Shown in pieces: positions 1 through 8,749 of a stretch of DNA of 37,400 nt. The position numbers were made by a program, and so were the translations under genes. Location of the stretch: positions 1 to 37,400 of the forward strand of contig JAUCBJ010000227.1 of the NCBI GenBank assembly GCA_032718475.1, in the 5' to 3' direction. The stretch's first letter is position 1; each line of letters starts with the position of its first letter. Below the pieces are notes generated by a model. That model was not told the DNA's origin. It ran no database searches and saw nothing but the letters and a program-made list of their open reading frames with translations. The stretch comes from Nemertoderma westbladi. Taxonomy: Eukaryota > Animalia > Xenacoelomorpha.

Positions 1-2283
1 TCCAAAAAACTTTAACGCCATTAACTTGGGAGATCCTTCCAAGCACTCGATGAGGTATCTAAGTTTTTCTCCATTAGATAGTACAGAGTTCTGTATGTTA
101 TCTTTGTAATATTCATGACACATTGTTACAGAGGGTGGTGGTATACCCTTTTGGGTGTTTACTAATTTATCGCGTTCAAGCGCGATACTTTGCTGCACTT
201 CTTGCAACTCTAGCCTACTTTCCCTTACTGTGCCCTTGAATTGCTGGACAGTCTCCTGCATCTGCCCGAGCAGGATATCCATCCCCCGCCGTCTCTCGTC
301 CACCCATTCGACCGCCGAAGCGGGAGTCGCCAACGTTGTAGCGGGCGGACGAGGGACAACGGGCGACAAATTGTGAATATTTCGCTCGGGGTCCAGGACC
401 TGAACTGTCTCCTGGGCAGTTCTGCGGGGCACAGGTAGCTTAGTGCTATGCAGAGGGAATTTAGAGGTAGTTTCAGGGAGCACAGGTATGTCTATCACCG
501 AAGGGGTGATTTCAAGAACAGGCCTAATTATTTCAGGCTCATCTACTATAGTAGGGAGTCTTTCTATTTTAATTATTTGGTCTGTGGGCTCTGTACTACC
601 TAAGTTGGTGTTATTTAGTTGCCTTCTAACAGCTGGAGGCAAATCAGGCAATTTCTGACGGTGGAATGTTCTTTTACGTCTACTTAGACGAGATCTATTT
701 CCTTTGCCTTCAGTATCGGTGGTATCGCCTTCCTCCGATGATGTATATCCCTGTCTTTTGGGAGTAGATCGATCCATCATCCGCATATTGCTAGCCGTTA
801 ACTGTTTATTTATGCAGTCTTGATTCTCCTGAATGTTTTCCAATTCTAACTGGGTGGTTTCTTCAGTCGCTCTCCGTTCTGCTTCTGCCACTGCCTCTGC
901 CGCCTTTCTTTCAGCTGCTGCTTCTGCCAAGGTCGCCTTTGCTTCTGCCGCTGCCTCTGCCGCCCTTGCCTCTGCCGCTGCCTCTGCCGCCCTTGCCTCT
1001 GCCGCTGCCTCTGCCGCCTTTGCCTCTGCCGCTGCCGCTTTTGCCCCTGCTGCTGCCTCTGCCGCTGCCACTTTTCTTTCTGCTTCTGCAGCTACCACTG
1101 CTGCTTTCTTTCTGTCTTCTATGCGTTTTTTCTTTACTTGTTCTTCCCTTTCTCTAGCGATGCGGAGTTGTTCATCGAATTTAGCTTGGTTCGCCGCTAA
1201 CCTATCCACATCAATCGCATCTAACACAAGTTTGGCTCCTTCGCTATTAGGGCTAAGTCCCTCTAGCCTTCTCCTCAACTCTTCATCTCCCACAAAACGC
1301 TGATAGTCTGACAGATAGATATCAATGGCATCCTTCTTATGCGGTTTCTCTGCCGTCGCTTCACTTTCCACTTGGGAAAAAGTAGCGTCTGTTGATTCTC
1401 CATGGGTTGAGCGCTCCTCCAACTGAGCCTTCCACTGAGCTGCTCCTTGAACCTGGCGACTCACCCGTTGAAACCAAGTCTTTACGGCAACTTGCAACGA
1501 CGTGTCTTGTCTTCTTTTAGAAGCCTCCTCAAAGGCGGATAAGATTAGCCTAATTCGTAGAACTCTTTCTCTAACTTGATAAAGCAGCGATCCCTGCTCT
1601 TGAGGTCCTTGAGGTTGTTTAAACAGTTGTCTTTCTACTCGCTCCATAGAGCTGAAGAATCCCTGGGCGTATCCGGCTGCGGACCTCTTCCATACAGCTG
1701 GATCGATGGTTTCCTTGGCTACTCCCATCCGGTGTATGTCTTCCCAGGCAGCTTCTGATAAATCAAACGGGAGTCCGGGTCCGGGGAAGTTCCATTGCGA
1801 CTCGACAATAGACTTCAGTTCTTCACTAGTGTATCCCGCGTAACTATCTCTAGTTGACCGTTGACTTCTCGCCCAATCGATCTGGTGTTCTTCCACCGCG
1901 ATCAATAACCCAGCGAGCACGGCTGCAGGAAGGATGAGAAGGGGATCCGTATAAACCGCATCCGTCATCTCTGCTCCGCTCTCGGGTGTCAGCTCTACAG
2001 TATCCTCACTACTGGAGCTGCTGGGCCGCTGAGTAACAAGCTCCTGACTCGCGGGTTGTTGCTGTTCCGCTGCTGCTTGGTCCCGCTTGACCTGAGCTCG
2101 GGTGCCTATGATAGACCTACGATGTTGGACTAGCCTAGGTTCTGTTATTACTACTGGAGGGATGACCTTCCTCACAGTGGGAGGTGAACTGGATTTACGA
2201 CCAGACGTTTGTGCGTCTCTATCTGAGTCGCAGATAGTTACATCTAATAAACTGTCTGACAGGTTCTGCTTAGTATCAGACAT
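1..2283 (-). CDS. Gag-like protein of an LTR retrotransposon (N-terminal 761 codons, runs off the window start)
   Basis: Manual translation from ATG at 2283 (MSDTKQNLSDSLLDV...) stays open to base 1. It is absent from the ORF track because no stop lies in the window. A long low-complexity/coiled-coil N-terminus is followed by ...NSVLSNGEKLRYLIECLEGSPK, which resembles the LS-x2-EKL-x-YL-x3-L-x-G motif of BEL/Pao gag (DUF1759-like). Confidence 0.75.
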   Translation of the reverse strand, partial: MSDTKQNLSDSLLDVTICDSDRDAQTSGRKSSSPPTVRKVIPPVVITEPRLVQHRRSIIGTRAQVKRDQAAAEQQQPASQELVTQRPSSSSSEDTVELTPESGAEMTDAVYTDPLLILPAAVLAGLLIAVEEHQIDWARSQRSTRDSYAGYTSEELKSIVESQWNFPGPGLPFDLSEAAWEDIHRMGVAKETIDPAVWKRSAAGYAQGFFSSMERVERQLFKQPQGPQEQGSLLYQVRERVLRIRLILSAFEEASKRRQDTSLQVAVKTWFQRVSRQVQGAAQWKAQLEERSTHGESTDATFSQVESEATAEKPHKKDAIDIYLSDYQRFVGDEELRRRLEGLSPNSEGAKLVLDAIDVDRLAANQAKFDEQLRIAREREEQVKKKRIEDRKKAAVVAAEAERKVAAAEAAAGAKAAAAEAKAAEAAAEARAAEAAAEARAAEAAAEAKATLAEAAAERKAAEAVAEAERRATEETTQLELENIQENQDCINKQLTASNMRMMDRSTPKRQGYTSSEEGDTTDTEGKGNRSRLSRRKRTFHRQKLPDLPPAVRRQLNNTNLGSTEPTDQIIKIERLPTIVDEPEIIRPVLEITPSVIDIPVLPETTSKFPLHSTKLPVPRRTAQETVQVLDPERNIHNLSPVVPRPPATTLATPASAVEWVDERRRGMDILLGQMQETVQQFKGTVRESRLELQEVQQSIALERDKLVNTQKGIPPPSVTMCHEYYKDNIQNSVLSNGEKLRYLIECLEGSPKLMALKFFG
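895..1070 (-). repeat. 27-bp coding tandem repeat (AEAAAEA[R/K]A) within the gag-like ORF
   Basis: Repeated gcctctgccgctgcctctgccgcc(c/t)tt units, which also explain the spurious Ala-rich and Pro/Leu-rich + strand ORFs. Confidence 0.85.
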
Positions 2284-2414
2284 GACTATGTATACCGTTG
2301 AATGTCTACTGCTGTATTACAGTCTGAGTAAGTCTAATAACTCAGTATTAACTGCTAGCCTAGTAATTAATTACCGGTACTGCTACTCAGTGTAGCGTGA
2401 TATATAATATATTA

Positions 2415-2665
2415 GAATACCGGTATGCTTATAGTATATATAACTATATAAGTATTATTACAGACTAGGTTTATCACAGAATACCGGTATAATTTTAGCA
2501 CAAATATATATAAATATATAATAGGCCTATCGGAAATACCGGTATACAGCTTACAATTTATAGTATATATAATTCTGGACTAGAATTAATTACAAGTACC
2601 GGTATAATTTCAGCCTAAATTTATAGTAATAAAGATAATAGGCCTATCGTAAATACCGGTATATC
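2415..2665. repeat. Degenerate AT-rich tandem repeat (~117-bp period, ~58-bp subunits) punctuated by TACCGGTA/TAGGCCTA
   Basis: taccggtataattt..agc.....aat...ataggcctatcg.aaataccggtata occurs at ~2482 and ~2597, and TACCGGTA recurs about every 55-65 bp. Confidence 0.65.
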
Positions 2666-3601
2666 AATTATTTTAAATAATTGAATTTCTGTATTTTAGG
2701 GTTACTTGGTTACTTACTTACTTTATTACCGTTATTTGAGCAGTAGTCCAACTGATATTGAGACCTAATTGTTATATGGTAGGCCTACTATTTATAAATC
2801 GTTAGATTTGATTTATAATATATATATACCCGTTTTAATGGGTTTTGTCAATGTTTGAAATAAATGTTATTATTTCTGGGGGTAATCACTACACAAAGCG
2901 GTGCGCTTTCAATGAAGTGTTACTTATGAGACACTAAAACAAATAATACTAATTTACCTAAGTTACTTAATACTACAAATTACGTACAATTCGGGTGAGA
3001 TTACAATCTCTAAATAAATGCAAAAATTTACAAAAAACGCAAAATACGAATTTTTAGGGTAATTTTACAAGAAGTCTACAAACCAGCCTAACAAAGGGTT
3101 AGAAAACTGGTTCTTACAACGGACAGGGTACTACGGTATTTGAAATAATAAGTAGTAGTAAATACACTGCGTTGTCTAGATAGGAAAATACCACCGCCTG
3201 ACGACCTATAGCCGTATCGCTATAGGTTCTACGTTATGTATCACGGAGTGTTCCTACCTAGAAGTTAATAGAGCTAATCGAATGTGCCTATTAACCACTT
3301 TACAACACAGATATAATGTCTACAATAATTACTTCCGGAAAGCACTGTACACTAAACCCTAAATTAGGTACGAGTACTTGTACAACAAATAATCAGTAGT
3401 TAAATATACTTGAACAGCTAAAAGAACCACGGCATCTGCTGGAGTGACCGATGCACAAAATCACCAGTCTTTACCTACGCCGAGCAGCCCGTATAGTACC
3501 GGGGTTAATTTAACTATAGCGGTATGTATAACAAACACAATTACTGTAGGAACAAACTTAGGGAATGAATGTTGCGGATAATCGCATAAACTCTGAATAA
3601 T

Positions 3602-4166
3602 AAATATTACGCTACGCGTACAAACTACTCAAATAAAATACAGACCGAACACTGACAGACTACTATCAAGCCTAAACAAACTACGGTATATGCAGACTCC
3701 GAAATGATTAGGGAGTATGCGCTCTAACCCAGTAGTGCGACTTATTCTTTAGTTGGGGGATTACCTTACAGCGTTCGCTGCCCCTACTGCCTAATCGTAC
3801 TTAATCGGACAGATGATCTACACACGCGGCAATCCGTTCAGACTTAATAACAGCCAGACAACTATCCAGCCTACAAATTATTTAAATAAAATTATACGCT
3901 ACCCGTACAGACTTACACAAACAAAGTACAGACTAAACGATGGCAGACTACTCTCAAGCCTAAATAAACCACAGGACATGCAGACTCCGAAATGATTAGG
4001 GAGTATGCGCTCTAACCCAGTAGTGCGACTTATTCTTTAGTTGGGGGTTTACCTTACCGCATTGGCTGCCCCTACTTCCTAACCGTACTTAATCGGACAA
4101 GTGCTCTACACACACTGCAATTCGTTCGGACTTAACAGCAATCAGACAACAGCTCAGCCTACAAAT
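3602..4166 (-). repeat. Two-copy 288-bp tandem repeat with a 70-bp identical core; probable structured RNA module
   Basis: 3690-3759 is identical to 3978-4047, while the flanks are visibly diverged. Confidence 0.9.
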
Positions 4167-4459
4167 CGTCTGTACAATCTGATCAGGCTTACACGCCTTC
4201 TGTTCAATACTGGCCTACAAATAAATAAAACTTGACAGAAATAAGTAAAATCTCAATAAAAAATCAGGGCGGCCGTTCCCTGATTAAGTACTAAGACCTA
4301 CCGGTATACAACTATCAAAATCGAATAATACTGCTGTACTTGTACTGCTGTAGGTACCGGTCCGAGTGGTTAGGTAGTCAGGCCTACTGGTACCGGTTCT
4401 GGCAGTTGGGCCTACTGACCTACAGATGTACCGGTTGACCGGTACTTTCAACTTTATTG

Positions 4460-5120
4460 CTTACTGCAACAAAGAAGCAATATCCTTTAATGTTCGCGCT
4501 TTCAGACCTTTGGCAGTTTAACCCACCAAATTAAGATGTCTTCTAGATATTAAATCTGCTTTTAGTCTATGACAAGTATTTGATTCACTACACTAGTCGA
4601 AACCAATCCGTGCGCGACCATTCACCCGCTGGATATTCCCGGGAGATTGGGTTCTACGGTTTAATTTTATTGCTATGTAAGCCTAATGTATTATTCGACT
4701 GACAGTATTATATAATCTCTGACAATATTATTCACCTTCGGTAATATTAACAGTTCCTTTAGGACGTGGCGCTTTATCTATATAAACAGAGTTATGACTT
4801 AAACTACTCACAACGATATGGCTTAATTATAATTCACATATATGGCGCATTCTTTAGGAATTGCTTCTTTAACAGACTCACTCATACACAATGCTGCACA
4901 ATACTGCACACTAATCTGCCAATCTTCACTGATTTTAGTCACATATAAAAGGAACACAGGCTGACTCATGTAGGGTCTATCAAATAACATTAGATTCACT
5001 TCAAACCACTTTAACATAAGTCACAATCGTTATTGGTAACCTTTCTCTCTTACCTTCGGTATATCAAGAATATTGGGTTGCGGGGTTATTTATCGTTATT
5101 CCAAATATAATAATTCATCA
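4460..5120 (-). ncRNA. Candidate large structured RNA (no family recognised) in the putative LTR R/U5 region
   Basis: Homologous to ~16000-16690 with invariant blocks, and several helices are retained through compensatory or G-U changes on the minus strand (details in findings). Confidence 0.55.
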
Positions 5121-5251
5121 ACCATATTATGAAGAACTGACAGTAAATAGCAGTATAAAACAACAACTGAACAGTTAGGTATATCGGTACATCAGTACCG
5201 GTATGTCAGCATTGAGATATTTACAGAGATATTCAAGTTAAAGGATATATG

Positions 5252-5418
5252 CCCTTTATAATTAAACCTACTAGTGTAAGACTAAAAAGCAGTACAGCAC
5301 AAAATACTTCCAAGCCGTTCTTTCTTTGGCTCAAGACTGAATGTAAACACTGCACATAGGCATTGCGTCATTTCTCGGAAATTTTCTGTACAAGGAGCCA
5401 CAAAAACGCTCTCATTGG
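5252..5418 (-). promoter_or_regulatory. Putative Pol II promoter: CCAAT box (5418-5414) and TATA box (TATAAAGGG, 5260-5252)
   Basis: cgctctcattggc is conserved in the diverged homolog (16921-16933), and a TATA-like TATAGAG lies at a similar spacing there (16765-16771). Confidence 0.45.
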
Positions 5419-5716
5419 CTGACTGAACTGAGAGACGCCGTAGAACAAAGGAAATCAACACGTATGAATGTCAGCTGTTAACCGTAGTCATAGTAACTAC
5501 TGTTCAAGAGTAGCTATCACCCTTTTGCGTCACGAATTGCCATAGAATCATAAAATATGCCTTTCACAGTACACATACGGAGGAAATAGGTCTTAGATCC
5601 TCTAAAAACACAGATACAGCAATAATACGGTCTCTTACACTTATTAAATCAACTACGGAGTATTTTAATGTAAAAGATAATAAAAATAACGGGGCAATTC
5701 AGCAAAGGCTTTTACA

Positions 5717-5799
5717 ACAGCACTGAGTAAAATGAAAACGCTGAAAACCCAAAAATTCAAAACACTTAAACACAGCACTGAGTAAAATGAAAACGCTGA
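5717..5799. repeat. 28-bp perfect direct repeat at the 3' end of the LINE fragment
   Basis: acagcactgagtaaaatgaaaacgctga at 5717-5744 and 5772-5799. Confidence 0.9.
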
Positions 5800-5930
5800 T
5801 CAAGTCTACTTCAAGATCTAGTTAATCTACAAGCCCTTATAATAAAAAGCACTTGAGTACCATTTGCATCCATCCTGAAATACAAGCCCCCATCGAAAGC
5901 CCCCAGTCTAAAGGCTAAGTGGTTGATCTG

Positions 5931-7118
5931 TCACACCTGAAGTCGATAAAGCTCTTGAATACACTCCCTCCTGACCGATAATTGCGTACCAGTTTTATAG
6001 AGCATGTTAGTGATATATAGGACGCGCATCTGATCCATAAAGCATAGCTCCGTCCCTCCAATCCGTTTAATGATTGACTTAAGGCAGTATCGTCCGGTTA
6101 CTAGAGCTTGCAGTCGTGGCAAACCAAGCTTCCAACCTCCTATGGAATAGTCCGAAAACAGCGGCACAGACATTTGACCTGCAAGATGTTGAGTTAGAAT
6201 GTGGCTAAACAACCCATAAACCTTCTCATTACCAGAGTTCATGCAGGAGTAAATTACCCTCGCCTTTGAAAGTGTTACCATAGTTGAAAATGTTCGATCA
6301 TTAAAGAGCGCCTGCAGGATATCATTTGATATGTAATTCCCCATGCGTAACAAAGAACGTTGCGCTTTACGCCAGGTCCGACCAATACATTCTCCTAGTG
6401 CCCCCTCAATAATATGTGACCCATATAATATTGATGGAGCGGATATGGCACCCCACACCAAAGCAGTAATATCCAGCGGCACATCATCACTAGCCAAGCC
6501 ACGTATATTAATCCTGGATGTATTCATCCATATCTTCCTTGTAAAGTAGTCACTTATGTTCTGTCTTGATGGTGGCAAAGGCAGCCCTAAGTATATACAT
6601 TTTGAAACTGCCTGTAACTTTGCACCACTCCCAGTGTGTATGCTTTCTGATTTGCCCATATCTGCTCGTGCTGAGAATGGGCATATTACATAATATGTCT
6701 TCTTAAAATTGATGACCAGGTCATGCTCTTTAAAGTATTGTTCACATAAGTATAGCATCTTCTGTATATTAGTTCCCATGTTAGCTAGGAGTAGGACATC
6801 ATCGGCATAGCCTAAGATTGAGTATGCTTCCCTATTTATATGCAGCCCAAAACCTGCTGATTCAATAAGGTTGAACAAGTCATCAAGATATATGTTAAAG
6901 AGGATTGATGATAAGACACCACCTTGTCTTACTCCACGTCGTAGTGGTATTGGTTTCCTTGAGATACTGTTACCTATCCTCATCAATGCTACAGATTGGC
7001 TATAGTAGGAGCATAGTGTTCGAATGATTCTTACATCAAGAGTAGTTTCTGCTAATTTTGTCATTAGTTTCTCGTATGAGACAGAATCAAATGCGCTTGT
7101 CAAATCAAGTGAAACCAT
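5931..7118 (-). CDS. 5'-truncated non-LTR (LINE) reverse transcriptase, C-terminal half, frame intact
   Basis: RT motifs SLDLTSAFDSV, GVRQGGVLSSILFNIYLDDL, YADD, INFKKT, YLG, then LYG. There is no endonuclease or RT N-terminus, and homology stops at ~7140. Confidence 0.9.
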   Translation of the reverse strand: MVSLDLTSAFDSVSYEKLMTKLAETTLDVRIIRTLCSYYSQSVALMRIGNSISRKPIPLRRGVRQGGVLSSILFNIYLDDLFNLIESAGFGLHINREAYSILGYADDVLLLANMGTNIQKMLYLCEQYFKEHDLVINFKKTYYVICPFSARADMGKSESIHTGSGAKLQAVSKCIYLGLPLPPSRQNISDYFTRKIWMNTSRINIRGLASDDVPLDITALVWGAISAPSILYGSHIIEGALGECIGRTWRKAQRSLLRMGNYISNDILQALFNDRTFSTMVTLSKARVIYSCMNSGNEKVYGLFSHILTQHLAGQMSVPLFSDYSIGGWKLGLPRLQALVTGRYCLKSIIKRIGGTELCFMDQMRVLYITNMLYKTGTQLSVRRECIQELYRLQV

Positions 7119-7137
7119 GTCACTAATTGCAAAACAT

Positions 7138-7208
7138 AGACGGGTGGTGTCCGTCCGCCGTGCAGGTTATCAACGGGCACCGCCCGTCTGCCAGGCTCGA
7201 AGGGTTAA
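7138..7208. mobile_element. GC-rich 17-bp hairpin followed by a piggyBac-like terminus (AGGG|TTAA); orphan DNA-transposon end
   Basis: agacgggtggtgtccgt / acgggcaccgcccgtct inverted repeat (2 G-T pairs), then agggttaa at 7201-7208. No partner end was found. Confidence 0.4.
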
Positions 7209-8749
7209 TTGATCATTTAACATTGATGCGATGAGATATTAATTCACCGAGATGGGATTAGCGGAATCAGACATAAACACCCCCCCCCCCCCCCCCTTTC
7301 TTGTCATCAAAATTGATACACGAGTAAAATATGTACCGGTAACGGTTGTTATGACAACTTAAATAATAATTAACATTCTGGTAATTTAAATGATACCAGT
7401 AACACTAACACAACGAAACAATAATATTGCCGTGTAACACTATTTAACAAAATTACTAGTATTCTTACTTGACTAATATTAGTTCACATTTACACAATAA
7501 GTTTCATATATTTATTTGGAAAATTACTGTTCTAGAACAATATATTTTTGTTCTTATTTTTATAACAGTAGGCCTACCTATAGGCGAGTCAATCTAGAAA
7601 AAAGGGGGTTTAATCCATAACTAATTCGCAATTTATCCCCGAACCACGTTTTTATTAATTCTATATTACCTAGTTATATTGGTGAGGTTTTCCCCAAATT
7701 TGGTACAAACAAACTTTAGTGCATTGACTATCGATTGAATTAACTACATGCACTACTACATACTGTACATACTGTAGTTGTTACCAATTTAATTTACCTA
7801 ACAACGGAAATTTGTATAATAATTTCGTCATTTTTACTACCATATTGGCTGGTACAAAATTGGAAGCTTATTAACAATCGGGTGTATGTATCAGATTAGT
7901 CGGCCTCAAAAACCCTTATTCCCAAACAAATACCCAGGCATACAGTATGATAAACTATTGTGATTTTCAAACTAAAACAAATAAATGAATTACACCTAAA
8001 TTCAATACAGCAATCCCAACTCTATTATGTGAAAAATCTTCGCTTAAATTTGATGAAATTATTATATTTCTCCTTGCAGTGTTATTATATAATTTTGGAA
8101 CATCACCAATTTTTGCCACTTACTCTTCCGTACTGTTTCTTTTGTTTGGCTTGTATTATGCAAATTTACGCAGAATTCCATGAATAAACATATTATGATC
8201 CGCAAAATAAAATTTTGTGGACTTTTTTGGACATTTACAAGGTAATACAGTAGATTATAAAATTTGTGGTTCGGATTGATTGCGAAATACTTCGCTAGAT
8301 TGACTCGACTAGGCCCGACTACTCGTTTGGCATGACTATGCCCTGTGATACCAACTGTAGCACCATTTGTTCAATGTGTGAATTATCAGTTATCATGTGT
8401 TTTATTTGTTCAAGTATAACATTTGTTGCTTCTGATAGAGAGGTCTTCTATTATTTTTCTAAAAATAATTATTTATTGCGGCAATAATTTAACGAAATTA
8501 ACACAATGAAATGAAATATTTACTTAGATACGTAGATATTAGGTACTGTTAGCAGTTAAATAATGTTTGAGAGTTACAATTAACCGTATTAGTTATCCAC
8601 CCCAGATCCCGGTCCCATCTCCGAATCCGAGTCCTCGCCAAGACCTCCAACCCCCGCGGAGGCAGAGCGAACATGACTGAAGTAGTGCAAACTGCAGTCT
8701 CCACCCAAGACATAGGCATAGCCGCGGTTTCGCATAGACTCACGCCTTA

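Larger units (their letters stand above)
1..5719 (-). mobile_element. 5' portion of an LTR-type (probably BEL/Pao-like) retrotransposon: putative LTR ~5719-4460, long leader, gag
   Basis: The gag-like ORF is preceded by ~2 kb of non-coding repeat-rich leader and by a segment homologous to a repeat elsewhere in the window. The minus strand reads TGTTGTAAAAGCC from 5719 (TG start typical of LTRs), and CCAAT and TATA motifs point toward gag. No tRNA PBS or second LTR is visible, so the boundaries are inferred. Confidence 0.5.

Noticed and set aside
833-1303. Ala-rich 156-aa and Pro/Leu 72-aa + strand ORFs (antifreeze-like appearance)
   Set aside because: They are antisense shadows of the 27-bp repeat in the gag-like ORF.
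3705-3735. Telomerase RNA template (CTAACCC) or telomeric seed (TTAGGG)
   Set aside because: These are single short matches that are arms of a local stem, with no 1.5-repeat template and no telomeric array.
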